A stretch of DNA of 64,000 nucleotides from Eledone cirrhosa (GCA_964016885.1 OZ024745.1:72788001-72852000); one strand, 5' to 3'; positions 41,581-56,108 are shown, counted from the stretch's first letter. Notes: generated from the sequence alone by a model not told the origin. Translations and numbers: made by a program.

Positions 41581-43238
41581 CACGCCTTGTGACTATTTAA
41601 AATTAGGTTAAATCACTATATTTTATAACAATTAAATATCTACACTTCATGGAATACCATTCACGTTGGTTTTTTTTACGTAATTGGAAGAAAAATATAT
41701 CATGATTTCGTTTCTTTTTTAAATAGTTCAATAGTTTGTTTTTTTTATGTAGTTTTATTTTGCATTAGTCTTTTATAACTTTGTAAAGTTTGCTTTTAAC
41801 CATAGGGGGATAAATAAAATAGAACGTAGTGAATGAATAATTTTTCAAACGGTACTGTAAAGGAAGCGGACCCTTCAATGATGACTTGCTTTCAGTAGAA
41901 AAAAACGACATATTCATTACACTTTTAGTCGTCATCGTCTTCTTCTTCTTGTGAGGGTCGTGGGGACAGGCTCCTCAAACTCTCTTTCCTGTGGGCCCTG
42001 TTAGAAGCAACCGTTTCCGACTGATGCCCAAATGAGACCACCCAAGATCAAGCATGTTATCCAACCATCTTGCTTGGGGTCTACCCCTGGGTCTCTTGCT
42101 GGTTGGATTTGTCCAGCAATTCTTTCCTAATTTTCAGTTAAACACAAAATCTGCCTCCATTGGGTCACATGGTTACTTCTGCAACTTAATATTTTATACT
42201 GTGTATCTATTCATCTCCTCATACTTTATTGCACGCTATACTCACTCTTAACACTGCAAACTAATGAACCACCAATTTTCTCTGCTTATACAAACGTGGT
42301 TCTTACTACTAGGTAGTGAACCAATGACTGTTAAATCTTTTGGCACAATTGATCGAGGTAGCAACTGTCACCCCTTTGATTGGTAGTTCAACATTCTAAC
42401 GACTCAACCAACCAGCCGTGACCTTTAACATAACAAATTAAAGTAACATGGCAGAAGGCTAATCCATTCAGAAGGAGCCCTCATACTAAAAATGACAATG
42501 TCTTCATAGTCCTTGTTTTTTACTTCCTTGCTCCTACTTTCCTATACTTTACCCCCCCCCCCCTCCGCCCTCTGTTTGTTGCTTGGTTTCCTTTTTATCC
42601 TTTTTTCTTTCATATTTCCATCAATTTCCAGCAATACTATTTATACAAATGTGAATTGATTTATTGTTTGTAATTCTATTAAATTATAAAATAAAATTTC
42701 TCAGATAAATTTAGAAATAAATTCCTTTTCAAATGTAAAACCATGAAACAAGTACATAAAATATACAATAGGAACCAATAGGAACAAACAGATGCAAATT
42801 ACAGAATACATAGGATTATAGAGAATTGTTCCTTGTACCCTTGTATGAACATTTTAGAAATTAGAAATTATGAAATTATATATGTAACCATGCCCATAAA
42901 ATGTAGAATAATACTTAAGACAAGGGTTTCTAATTTAGACAATATACTCCTTAAAAAACAAAAAGATAATACAGAAACTTTAATTTAATTGAAACCAAAA
43001 CATAAATCATTACAGCTGTATCTATGTAATAAACCCTTATTTACTTCCTTTCAAAATATGTTTTCAACCTTATCACCTATAAACTAAACCAGAACTGGAT
43101 TGAAGAGTTTCTACTACATTAACATAAGTTAATATAAAATTGTAAAACAAAACAAAAAAACATAAAATCAATCCATTGTATTGTATATATTATATGTATT
43201 ATATATATATTATAGCATTATATGTATTATATATATTA

Positions 43239-44642
43239 TTAGCTGAATTACCTGGCATTACCCGGGTTACTGCTGTTCTTATTCAGATTAGGAAACAATA
43301 AATATGAAGATATGTTTTTTTTTCTCATAATTATTTCAAAATATCTATATTTTATTTTATTTTAAATATCAAAATTGTAATAATAGAATTTAGAAATGAA
43401 AGTCTGTCAATCTTGAAGCACCTTAGAGCAAACAATATTCATTGTGTAATTTTTTGTTGGTGTCCAAATGATAAATTGTTGCTACACACTCACACACATA
43501 CACTCTCACATACATATACTAAGACAGACACACACAAAAATACATTCACACAGACACACACACAGCTTTCATTTCATTTATTTGTTTATCACTTGCTACA
43601 TATGTACATATATATGTAGATGTGTGTGTGTATATAATAACGTACCTAATGAATGCACGCACTCTCACAGACACATACATCTTCATATACAAAATGTGAC
43701 GTTGTGTTGTTTTCTACTGTTTTAATCCAAATGAAAATAAAAATGATCACACATACTCACACACACATATACTATCACGCTCACACACACTATTACACTC
43801 ACACATACACTCCCACACATACACTATCACACTCACACACACTATCACACTCACACACACACTCACATACACTCACATACACTCACATACATATACTAAG
43901 ACAAACACACACAGACATACATTCACGCACACCTCTCTGTCATCACATATCTATCTGTGCGTGTTTAATTGTCTGTGTGAAGATAATGTGTATGCAATTT
44001 ACTAAGGTTACATGTATGTGTAGATGTATGTGTGTTTAATTCTCTGAGGCCTAACGTACATAACAAACTCACGAACACAAATACTCACAGACACATACAC
44101 ACTCATATACAAAATGTGTCATCGTCGTCGTCGTTTACTATAGTTGTCTAAAGAAAATATTGTTATGTCAGTCAACACACATACACTCACACACACATTC
44201 ACTCTCACATATATTCTCACACACATACATTCACATACATATACTAAGACAGACACATGCCCATACAAAATGTGACATCTACACTCTCACATACACTCAC
44301 ACACATGTGTATGTATGTGTAGTTGTGTGTGTTTAATTCTCTGAGGCCTAACGTACATAGCGATGCACAACACACACACACCCTCACAAACACATACACA
44401 CTCATATACAAAATGTGACGTCATCGTTGTCGTGGTGGTGGTATAAAATGTCCTTTACTATAGTTGATACTATATAAAGATTATTTTAGATAAAATGTTA
44501 TATTGTTTTACTCCAAATGAAAATAAAAACTACATGTTGACACTCCCGGGATCTAATTACCTTGTAAAATTTGATTTGATTTGGTCGAGCCGTTAGAGAA
44601 TGCAAAGGAACAGACAGACAAAGAATTTTATATAGAGAGAGA
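43239..44642 (-). mobile_element. Non-autonomous Helitron
   Basis: Minus strand starts A|TC and ends hairpin (ACCCGGGTAATGCCAGGT)-CTAA|T; CA-rich interior. Confidence 0.7.
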
Positions 44643-47600
44643 TAGTATTATATATATTATATCTATTATATGTATTATATATATTGTACTAGAAGAGATA
44701 CCCAATATAGTTTGCCATATATTACAAAATATTTGACCAATGAAATATGATTGCTGAATTTTAATTTAATTAGGAATTATAGCAGAATATTCATTGTCAC
44801 TGTTCAAAGCAAATAATTTAGATAAAAATATTACTTTTGTCCAGTGCTGTTATTTTGAATACCACTCCCTTTTACAGTCAGCTTCACCCATAGATCAATA
44901 ATTATTGGGGAGATCCGTTTTTTATTGGGGGGGGGGGTCCGTTTTTTATTTGGGGGGATCCGTTTTTTTATTTGAGGAGGTCCGTTTTTTATTGGGGGGG
45001 GGGTTTATTGGGGGGGGGGGAGACCGTTTTTTACTTTTGGGGGACCGTTTTTTATTTGGAGGGGTCCGTTTTTATTTGGAGTCTGTTTTTTATTTTTGGG
45101 GGGTCAGTTTTTTTATTTGGGGAGTGTCCGTTTTTTATTTGGGGGAGGTCCGTTTTTTATTTGGAGGTCCGTTTTTTATTTGGGGGTCCGTTTTTATTTG
45201 GGGGTCCGTTTTTTATTTGAGGGGTCCTTTATATTTGGGAGGCGATCCGTTTTTTTATTTGTGAGGGTGTTTTTTCATGTGTATGTATGTGTAGTTGTGT
45301 GTGTTTAATTCTCTGAGGCCTAACGTACATAGCGATGCACAACACACACACACCCTCACAAACACATACACACTCATATACAAAATGTGACGTCATCGTT
45401 GTCGTGGTGGTGGTATAAAATGTCCTTTACTATAGTTGATACTATATAAAGATTATTTTAGATAAAATGTTATATTGTTTTACTCCAAATGAAAATAAAA
45501 ACTACATGTTGACACTCCCGGGATCTAATTACCTTGTAAAATTTGATTTGATTTGGTCGAGCCGTTAGAGAATGCAAAGGAACAGACAGACAAAGAATTT
45601 TATATAGAGAGAGATAGTATTATATATATTATATCTATTATATGTATTATATATATTGTACTAGAAGAGATACCCAATAATGCCCGGGTAATTTATGAAA
45701 GTAAAAATATAGTTTGCCATATATTACAAAATATTTGACCAATGAAATATGATTGCTGAATTTTAATTTAATTAGGAATTATAGCAGAATATTCATTGTC
45801 ACTGTTCAAAGCAAATAATTTAGATAAAAATATTACTTTTGTCCAGTGCTGTTATTTTGAATACCACTCCCTTTTACAGTCAGCTTCACCCATAGATCAA
45901 TAATTATTGGGGAGATCCGTTTTTTATTGGGGGGGGGGGTCCGTTTTTTATTTGGGGGGATCCGTTTTTTTATTTGAGGAGGTCCGTTTTTTATTGGGGG
46001 GGGGGGTTTATTGGGGGGGGGAGACCGTTTTTTACTTTTGGGGGACCGTTTTTTATTTGGAGGGGTCCGTTTTTATTTGGAGTCTGTTTTTTATTTTTGG
46101 GGGGTCAGTTTTTTTATTTGGGGAGTGTCCGTTTTTTCTTTGGGGGAGGTCCGTTTTTTATTTGGAGGTCCGTTTTTTATTTGGGGGTCCGTTTTTATTT
46201 GGGGGTCCGTTTTTTATTTGAGGGGTCCTTTATATTTGGGAGGCGATCCGTTTTTTTATTTGTGGGGGTGTTTTTTCATGTGTATGTATGTGTAGTTGTG
46301 TGTGTTTAATTCTCTGAGGCCTAACGTACATAGCGATGCACAACACACACACACCCTCACAAACACATACACACTCATATACAAAATGTGACGTCATCGT
46401 TGTCGTGGTGGTGGTATAAAATGTCCTTTACTATAGTTGATACTATATAAAGATTATTTTAGATAAAATGTTATATTGTTTTACTCCAAATGAAAATAAA
46501 AACTACATGTTGACACTCCCGGGATCTAATTACCTTGTAAAATTTGATTTGATTTGGTCGAGCCGTTAGAGAATGCAAAGGAACAGACAGACAAAGAATT
46601 TTATATAGAGAGAGATAGTATTATATATATTATATCTATTATATGTATTATATATATTGTACTAGAAGAGATACCCAATAATGCCCGGGTAATTTATGAA
46701 AGTAAAAATATAGTTTGCCATATATTACAAAATATTTGACCAATGAAATATGATTGCTGAATTTTAATTTAATTAGGAATTATAGCAGAATATTCATTGT
46801 CACTGTTCAAAGCAAATAATTTAGATAAAAATATTACTTTTGTCCAGTGCTGTTATTTTGAATACCACTCCCTTTTACAGTCAGCTTCACCCATAGATCA
46901 ATCATTATTGGGGAGATCCGTTTTTTATTGGGGGGGGGGTCCGTTTTTTATTTGGGGGGATCCGTTTTTTTATTTGAGGAGGTCCGTTTTTTATTGGGGG
47001 GGGGGGTTTATTGGGGGGGGGAGACCGTTTTTTACTTTTGGGGGACCGTTTTTTATTTGGAGGGGTCCGTTTTTATTTGGAGTCTGTTTTTTATTTTTGG
47101 GGGGTCAGTTTTTTTATTTGGGGAGTGTCCGTTTTTTATTTGGGGGAGGTCCGTTTTTTATTTGGAGGTCCGTTTTTTATTTGGGGGTCCGTTTTTATTT
47201 GGGGGTCCGTTTTTTATTTGAGGGGTCCTTTATATTTGGGAGGCGATCCGTTTTTTTATTTGTGGGGGTGTTTTTTCATGTGTATGTATGTGTAGTTGTG
47301 TGTGTTTAATTCTCTGAGGCCTAACGTACATAGCGATGCACAACACACACACACCCTCACAAACACATACACACTCATATACAAAATGTGACGTCATCGT
47401 TGTCGTGGTGGTGGTATAAAATGTCCTTTACTATAGTTGATACTATATAAAGATTATTTTAGATAAAATGTTATATTGTTTTACTCCAAATGAAAATAAA
47501 AACTACATGTTGACACTCCCGGGATCTAATTACCTTGTAAAATTTGATTTGATTTGGTCGAGCCGTTAGAGAATGCAAAGGAACAGACAGACAAAGAATT

Positions 47601-49290
47601 TTATATAGAGAGAGATAGTATTATATATATTATATCTATTATATGTATTATATATATTGTACTAGAAGAGATACCCAATAATGCCCGGGTAATTTATGAA
47701 AGTAAAAATATAGTTTGCCATATATTACAAAATATTTGACCAATGAAATATGATTGCTGAATTTTAATTTAATTAGGAATTATAGCAGAATATTCATTGT
47801 CACTGTTCAAAGCAAATAATTTAGATAAAAATATTACTTTTGTCCAGTGCTGTTATTTTGAATACCACTCCCTTTTACAGTCAGCTTCACCCATAGATCA
47901 ATAATTATTGGGGAGATCCGTTTTTTATTGGGGGGGGGGGTCCGTTTTTTATTTGGGGGGATCCGTTTTTTTATTTGAGGAGGTCCGTTTTTTATTGGGG
48001 GGGGGTTTATTGGGGGGGGGGAGACCGTTTTTTACTTTTGGGGGACCGTTTTTTATTTGGAGGGGTCCGTTTTTATTTGGAGTCTGTTTTTTATTTTTGG
48101 GGGGTCAGTTTTTTTATTTGGGGAGTGTCCGTTTTTTATTTGGGGGAGGTCCGTTTTTTATTTGGAGGTCCGTTTTTTATTTGGGGGTCCGTTTTTATTT
48201 GGGGGTCCGTTTTTTATTTGAGGGGTCCTTTATATTTGGGAGGCGATCCGTTTTTTTATTTGTGGGGGTGTTTTTTCATGTGTATGTATGTGTAGTTGTG
48301 TGTGTTTAATTCTCTGAGGCCTAACGTACATAGCGATGCACAACACACACACACCCTCACAAACACATACACACTCATATACAAAATGTGACGTCATCGT
48401 TGTCGTGGTGGTGGTATAAAATGTCCTTTACTATAGTTGATACTATATAAAGATTATTTTAGATAAAATGTTATATTGTTTTACTCCAAATGAAAATAAA
48501 AACTACATGTTGACACTCCCGGGATCTAATTACCTTGTAAAATTTGATTTGATTTGGTCGAGCCGTTAGAGAATGCAAAGGAACAGACAGACAAAGAATT
48601 TTATATAGAGAGAGATAGTATTATATATATTATATCTATTATATGTATTATATATATTGTACTAGAAGAGATACCCAATAATGCCCGGGTAATTTATGAA
48701 AGTAAAAATATAGTTTGCCATATATTACAAAATATTTGACCAATGAAATATGATTGCTGAATTTTAATTTAATTAGGAATTATAGCAGAATATTCATTGT
48801 CACTGTTCAAAGCAAATAATTTAGATAAAAATATTACTTTTGTCCAGTGCTGTTATTTTGAATACCACTCCCTTTTACAGTCAGCTTCACCCATAGATCA
48901 ATCATTATTGGGGAGATCCGTTTTTTATTGGGGGGGGGGGGGGTCCGTATTTTATTTGGGGGGATCCGTTTTTTTATTTGAGGAGGTCCGTTTTTTATTG
49001 GGGGGGGGGCGTTTTTTATTTGGGAGGGAGACCGTTTTTTACTTTTGGGGGTCCGTTTTTTATTTGGAGGGGTCCGTTTTTATTTGGGGGTCTGTATTTT
49101 ATTTGGGTGATCCGTTTTTTATTTGGAGTCTGTTTTTTATTTTTGGGGGGTCAGTTTTTTTATTTGGGGGAGGTCCGTTTTTTATTTGGGGGTCCGTTTT
49201 TTTATTTGGGGGTCCGTTTTTATTTGGGGGTCCGTTTTTTATTTGAGGGGTCCTTTATATTTGGAAGGCGATCCGTTTTTTTATTTGTGG
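44304..49290. repeat. ~1000-bp tandem array (~5 units) built from Helitron ends
   Basis: Periods 972, 1001, 1000, 1000; each unit has a CTAG+hairpin end, a GGGGTCCGTTTTTTATTT subrepeat, a CA-rich part and a TC end. Confidence 0.95.
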
Positions 49291-49371
49291 GGGTCCATTT
49301 TTTTTATTTGGGGGAGGGGTCCGTTTTTTATTTGGGCGGGATCCGTTTTTTTATTAAGGGAGGGTTCGTTT

Positions 49372-49755
49372 TTTACCCACAATAATTATTTTGCCCACCA
49401 TTTTACCCACAATAATTATTTAGCCTACCATTTTACCCACAATAATCATTTTACCCACAAGTTTACCCACAATAATCATTTTACCCACAAAATTACCCAC
49501 AATAATTATTTTACCCACAATAATCATTTTACCCACAACATTATCCACAATACTTATTTTGCTACCACTACCCACAATAATCATTTTATCCACCAACTTA
49601 CCTACCACTTTACCCACAATAATTATTTTACTTACCATTTTACCCACAATAATTATTTTACCCACCCTTTTACCCACTATTTATCCACTATAATTATTTT
49701 ACCCACCATTTTACCCACTAATCATTTTAGCCACCATATTACCCTCAATAATTAT
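49372..49755. repeat. TTTTACCCACAATAAT(C/T)A minisatellite
   Basis: Directly visible degenerate 12-30 bp units. Confidence 0.9.
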
Positions 49756-49782
49756 TTATTATGTGTCCAGCGATTCTTTACT

Positions 49783-50200
49783 GAAACATTTTAACCACAC
49801 GCTCATAGTATCGAAGTTGTGATCTCTCAATTCGGAGAAGTAGCAGCTCTACCAGGAGTGACTCTCTGTTCTCTGAACTATGCACTTTATCGAGTAACGT
49901 TACGCCAAAGACCCTTCGGAGGAATCCCATTTCTGCCACTTTTATTTGCAATTGTATTCTTTTGGTCATTACTCAAGATTCCTGATCCTCGGTAAGAGTT
50001 GGCAGGAAGACAGCGAGTTTGGCTTTTACACTTACCCCCCTTAATCTGATTGCTGAATGCTGAGGCTGGCGCATTACTGCATCCGCTTTTGCAATTCTTG
50101 GACTTAATTCAGCCTCCTGCATTCTATCGTTCATGAATACGGCTCCAAGATACTTGAACTTCTCTACCTGCTTCAGTAGAACTCCATTCACATGTATATA
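49783..50200 (-). mobile_element. RTE fragment (family of 750-3183)
   Basis: VEKFKYLG...AEMGFLRRV...IERSQLRY. Confidence 0.8.
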
Positions 50201-50393
50201 AATTTGAGGGACTTCTGTCCACTCGTTCATCATGCAATGTGTATGTGTGTTTGTGTGAATGTATGTGTGTGTAAAAGGAAAGAAAGGGATACACAAATAT
50301 ATATATGTCTAATTTAAAAACAGTGACACACACGTGTCTCTAATTTAAGAACGCCGACAAACTCACGCGCGCGCACATACACACACTGTCCTA

Positions 50394-50646
50394 TTACCAC
50401 TCAAGAGCTTTGGCCCGGGCAAACATCCCCTCAATTTTGGAACCGTCTGGGTTTTCCTGAATTGATGGGAAAAGACTTGACGGTCTTACTCTGTGCTCCT
50501 GGTCAAGAGGCAGGTGCCTTACCTGGGACATCACATTTAGTGACTCTTTTGCTTCTTCCCACATTCTAGATGCAGGGGTAAGGGCAAGAGATACAGCATC
50601 CGCAGCTGAACGGAACAAAATCCTAAAATACCGTGTTCTGTCAGCT
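50394..50646 (+). mobile_element. CRE endonuclease-domain fragment
   Basis: LEPSG...DGKRLDGLTL..W..G..LTWDIT...AAERNKILKY. Confidence 0.75.
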
Positions 50647-50651
50647 GGAAC

Positions 50652-53085
50652 AGACATGACCTCATTGCCAGCGTATTCAGACTGAAACTGGCTAAACTCA
50701 TGGCTTTAATCAAAAAGGGTCAGGTATTTGGGGCTGTAAAATGTGACATGTTCACCGTCGAATGGCAAAAACGAGGGCTGCCACATGCTCACATTTTGAT
50801 TTGGTTAGCTGATAAAATCAATTCAAATGCCATAGACAGCTTCATTTCGGCTGAAATCCCTAACCCAGCAACTGACCAGGAATTACATGACATCGTCAAA
50901 GCTAACATGATCCGTGTGCGTCGGGTCCTAATGAGCATCACACGTGTCTGAAGGGGGGGGGGGGGGTCGTGCAGTAAGGGATACCAAAAAAAATTTGTTG
51001 ACGAGACTCAGACTGGTAGCGACGGGTACCCCCTGTACACTGTACAGGCAGAGACGGCCCGAGAACGTTGGCTTCACCACAACAGTAATGGGAGGTCAAG
51101 TCGACAATAGATGGGTGGTCCCTTACTGCCCGCTTCTCTTGACGATGTTCAACGCCACATCAACGTTGAGTTTTTCAACTCCGTCAAGTCGATAAAATAC
51201 ATATGCAAATATGTAAATAAGGGCTCTGATGCTGCAATGTTCGCATTTCAAGATGAAAATAGCAGGGACGAGGTCACAGAATACCTGGCGGGGCGGTACA
51301 TCAGTAGCTATGAAGCTTTTTGGCGCCTATTTGGTTTACCCCTACACCAATGGCTCCCCGCCATCGTACAGCTTGCGGTACATTTGGAAAATGGGCAAAG
51401 GGTTCAATTTACGGACCAAACCGCCGCCAAGTTGGTCGCCGATCCGAAAGAGACCACTCTGACGGGTTTCTTCAAACTTTGCCAGTTCGATACATTTGCG
51501 CAAACAATTGTGTACCCCCAGGTTCCATCCTACTTTATTTGGTCGAAAAACACTTGGGTGCGAAGAAAGTCAGGTCAGGCTGTTTACACATCCTGGTGTA
51601 AAATTTGACACCTGTCTTGGAAGGGTTTACACTGTGCCCCCAAGTCAGCATGAGTACATTTATCTCCGCCTTCTTCTGCATGAAGTTGTAGGCCCACAAA
51701 GTTTTCAGGACCTCAAAACTGTTGATGGAGAAATATGTGATACGTACCGGGAAGCCTGCTTTAAGCGTGGTCTTTTGGAAGATGATTCGCAATGGGATTC
51801 CACTTTAGCAGAGGGTGCTTTGTTGAAATCACCTAAAAGTCTATGGGAACTCTTTGCCATTTTGCTTCAAAAGTGTGAATTGGGAGATCCCAAATCTTTA
51901 TGGGTCAAGTACAGAGACTTCATGTCTGAGGACTTCCTGCACCTGGCTCATCTGCAGTATCCTTCAGTAGAAGTTGGTTACAGCGACATTAACTACAACA
52001 GGGCACTCATTGGTATTGAGGACGCCCTCCTCGACATGGGTGGGAGTGAGTTGGCGACGTATGACTTGCCGTCAACCGTCAGAGAGGAAGCTAAACGTTG
52101 GCCCCGGATTTGTTGCGGGAAACAGCATATGACATCGAATCTCTTTCCCAATACTTAGAGGAAAATGAGCCCAAACTGCTGTCGGACCAAAGGTTGGCCT
52201 ATTTAGCTATCATTGATGCGGTTCAAAATCAGACTGGGAGTATTTACTTTCTCGATGCTCCTGGGGGTACCGGAAAAATTTTTGTAACGAAATTGATTTT
52301 CGCTAAGATTCGTCAGGAGAAAAAAATTGAGTTGACCGTTGCATCGTCCGGGATCGCTGCTACTTTGCTGCCGAGAGGCAGGACAGCACATTCAACCATT
52401 ACACTCCCCTTGGATTTAGTAAAAACTGAGACACCAACATGCAATATCAGCAAGAGCTCACACGAAGCTCTGGTTCCCAAAAAATGTTGCCTCATTGTTT
52501 AGGATGAGTGCACGATGGGCACACAAGAGTGCCCTTGAGGCATTGGACAGGACCCTGAAAGACATTAGGGATTCTACGGCCCCTATGGGTGGCGTAACCC
52601 TTCTGCTATCAGGGGATTTTCGGCAAACGCTACCTGTCATCCCCAAAGGGACAAGAGCTGATGATGTGCGTGCCTGCCTTAAGTTGTCCATGTTGTGGCC
52701 CCAGGTGAAGAGTTTGTACCTGAGCACAAATATTCGTGCTCATTTGCATGGTGACAACATGTCTGCAGCATTTGCTCAGAACATTTTAGTCCTTGGTGAG
52801 GGCAAAGTCCCTGCGGATGACATGGACAGCATAGCAATCGACTCCCTGTGCAACATTGTGAGCAGCCCTTCTGACCTTTGGGAAGCAGTTTTTCCTTATG
52901 TCTCATCCAACTTTAAAAACCTCGATTGGCTCAGCGAAAGAGCCATCCTTGCTCCGAAAAATGCCATGGTTAATTTTATTAACGAGCAGCTGATTGAGAA
53001 GATTCCCGGTAAAGAGCACATCTTCAAATCTATCGACCGGACGTCAGACCCCGACGATATCGTTAATTATCCGGTTGAGTTATCA
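50652..53085 (+). pseudogene. Helitron Rep/PIF1-helicase, frameshifted fragment
   Basis: VEWQKRGLPHAHIL (HUH), KYICKYVNK, DAPGGTGK (Walker A), VASSGIAATLL, GDFRQTLPV, RAILAPKN. Confidence 0.93.
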
Positions 53086-53665
53086 GTTTGTGTTTGCGCG
53101 ATTAGAGTTATATACTCATACATATAGATGTATGTATATGCACACTCATACGCGCCAGCGTGTAGAAAATCATAATCTCTCTATCTCTCTCATCACACAC
53201 TCTCTCTATATATATGGTAGTTGAAGTGGTAGTGATGGCGACGACATACTGGAAGTGCAACTTTGAAAAGAAGTCAATTTTAAATTATTTATTTTTACGA
53301 AATTATTTATGTTTACGAAATTTAGTACATAAATTATGTAATAGTCATTCATTATTTATTCAAAGTAATTGCTGGCCTTGTGCCAAAAGTAGAAACAATT
53401 ATTTATTCAAAGTAATCCAACTTATTTTACTAACTGGATTAAAAGAAATAAACCGTACGCAGTCCCGTAGACCTTCCTTTATTATAGTTTAGCTATATGC
53501 ATATGGGTATGCGTGTGTGTACTTCTGTTGTCTGTGTATCCGTTTATGTATTTACGTGTTGATGTGTATGTAACTTACGAATGTACGATTTTTTTTTTTT
53601 TTTTTTTCTTAGCTGAATTTAAATAATTTTATTTCTCAGCATAACCATCATCATAATATTAGAAA

Positions 53666-53826
53666 TAATTGTTTTTACTTTAGGCACAAGGCCAGCAATT
53701 AACCAGTGCATTACTGGTACTTTATTTTATCGACCCCGTAAGGATGAAAGGCAAAGTCAACCTCGGCGGGATTTGAACTGAAAATGGCAAGGGCCGTAAC
53801 TCTATGCGTCAAAGCATGACGTCCGA
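53666..53826 (-). mobile_element. tRNA-derived SINE (family 1), 5' truncated
   Basis: Body and tail match 9170-9356. Confidence 0.85.
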
Positions 53827-53922
53827 TTGCGTCATGGTAATACACAAGGCGAAAGGGGTGGACAAACGAACCGCTGCCAGAACAAAAGATAACGATATCG
53901 CGAGCAGCAATGGAAAACCTCT

Positions 53923-54165
53923 CTAATAATATTTGAAGCAAGCCAGCACGTTGGCAGCGTTACCTCGGGTGATTTCGAGGCTGATGCTCTGAAACAGCCA
54001 AGGGCCTTCACGGGCATCTCCAGTTACCTCGGTAAGGCGAGATGCCAGAGAAGACAACAACCTCGCAGTTAGCGGCCTAACTTCCCCAAATGTCTTGAAC
54101 GCCACAGACTGGAAAACGTAGTTAACCGACAGATTACGGTATTTCAGAATTTTATTCCGTTCGGT
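53923..54165 (-). mobile_element. CRE C-terminal fragment
   Basis: ERNKILKY...VAFKTFG...WLFQSISLEITRGNAANVL. Confidence 0.78.
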
Positions 54166-54885
54166 TACGAGATGATGATGATAATTTCTTTTTTTAAGTA
54201 AACAAAGTAAGGGGAAATAACTTCGTAAAAATTGTTTTATGATTGCAACCCTTGTGAAAAAGCTTCCACGTTTATGTAAATATTTGTCTATCGCATCTGT
54301 TGAATCAACACTCGGGTTCCAATTAGTAGGAGGAGGGTGGGGAAATGTGTAATTTTTTTAGGTTGTCTCCGTTGATTTAAAAAAAAAACAGAATTAGTTG
54401 TTTAGTTTACATATTGAGACCCCAACTTATTCATTTTATTACGTATGGGATTTTCAATAATGTACTTTTTTTTTGTCATGTATGTTTTCTAATGTTTAAA
54501 GAAAATTAATTGTTGCAGAAATGTTACCACTTAAAATAAAATTTCGCCGGAATTAGATTAGGAAAATTTAATATGGAGACCCCAGACTAGTTAAGTTATT
54601 GACCTATTTATTTTTCAACCTAGTTACGTATTTATCAATATACTGACCATAACATTTGCAGCTATTATAGTTGTTATGTGATTCTTTTACAGTCGATATT
54701 TTAAAGGAAAGCAAGTTCAGAAAAAATATTCACAATAATATAATTCATTCATATGTTATTTAATGAGCTATACAGTTTTCTTTCTTTGATTGTCAAACCC
54801 ACACCACAATATGATTGGTTTTCGATAGCAGCATAGAAAGACGATGTAAAAGGATGATGGTGATAATATATATATGTGTGTATGT

Positions 54886-55298
54886 GTGTGTGTGTTTAAA
54901 CAATAGAAACAGAAGTCAGGTGTAGGTAGAGAGTTAATTCATTGTTTTACGCTCGTTTCAGAGGGTCGATTGAATGGTGGAGATCGATGTATCGACCAGC
55001 ATGGTAGTGGTTAGGTTACTACCCATTACCAGTCTTAAAGTTAACTTAACCACTACCATGCTGGTCGATACATTAATCTCCACCGTTAAATCAACCCTCT
55101 GAAACGATCATAAAACAAACTAACTCTTTACCTACACCTGACTTCTGTTTTTATTGTTCAAACACACAGATATGTAAATGACTCAGTAACCCGGATTGAT
55201 TTTCTGGTCACACTGCCGATTCTCGCTACGACTATCCTTCCTAGCATACATTGAGTTCTAATAACATTATCAGCCCCACCACAACCAGGTGGACTCCT
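54886..55298 (+). mobile_element. Fold-back pLTR-like element with tail, abutting (TA)n
   Basis: ~130-bp inverted arms (54886-~55018 and ~55043-55168) containing a GAAAC-GA(T/G)C-(G/A)TA hammerhead 3' half; unique tail; long TA run. Confidence 0.6.
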
Positions 55299-55301
55299 AT
55301 A

Positions 55302-55385
<84 letters not shown>

Positions 55386-55388
<3 letters not shown>

Positions 55389-56010
55389 CGTTTCTGAATT
55401 TGTTTAGCAAGATTCTTTATCTGAAAACGTGTGTTGAAACCGATATTGTTATGCTTTGGGAGGGTCATGTTGCTAATAAGAAACACACGCACCAGGTGCT
55501 TTCACTTCAATTTATTATAATAAATTTATAAATTTATAAATTTCCGGTTGCTTGGTTGGTTCCACAACCAGATGATTGTTTATATATTGTCAAAGTTCTT
55601 TCGTCACACATTCTGTGACCTCTTCAGTGACTGGGGATTCTTTTCTTTGTTTTTTTGTGCCCCTCCTTTGTTCTGTCCTACGCCATCTTGTTTTTGTGTG
55701 TGTGTTGTGTGCTTAGTTTGCGCATGTGTTACATCCGGGTGTCTGTGTGTGTTTATATTCGTTTATTTATTTGTTTATTTACATGTTACTGGTTGGTTTT
55801 TTGTTCTATGTGTGTGTGTGTTTTCATTTTGTCCTTAATTGTAAGTTGTGATGTTGCTGTTCCACTCGTGTTTTCTATTTAATTTTGGTTGGAGTTCATT
55901 TATGTTTATTGCCTCTGTGATTTGTCTAAACATTGCGTCTTTTCTGTGTGTAGATTCTATTTTTATTTCTATGTTCTCTAATTTACCCTTATGTATGTTT
56001 ATGTGTGTGC

Positions 56011-56108
<98 letters not shown>

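Noticed and set aside
44905-49385. Many Gly/Phe-rich ORFs, and a superficial CRISPR-like periodicity
   Set aside because: Open in several frames because the repeat lacks stops; the units are tandem with no unique spacers, and the context is eukaryotic.
49123-49794. 223-aa His/Asn/Thr-rich ORF (HFTHNN repeats)
   Set aside because: Translation of a minisatellite fused to the G/T subrepeat; no splice or codon evidence for a gene.
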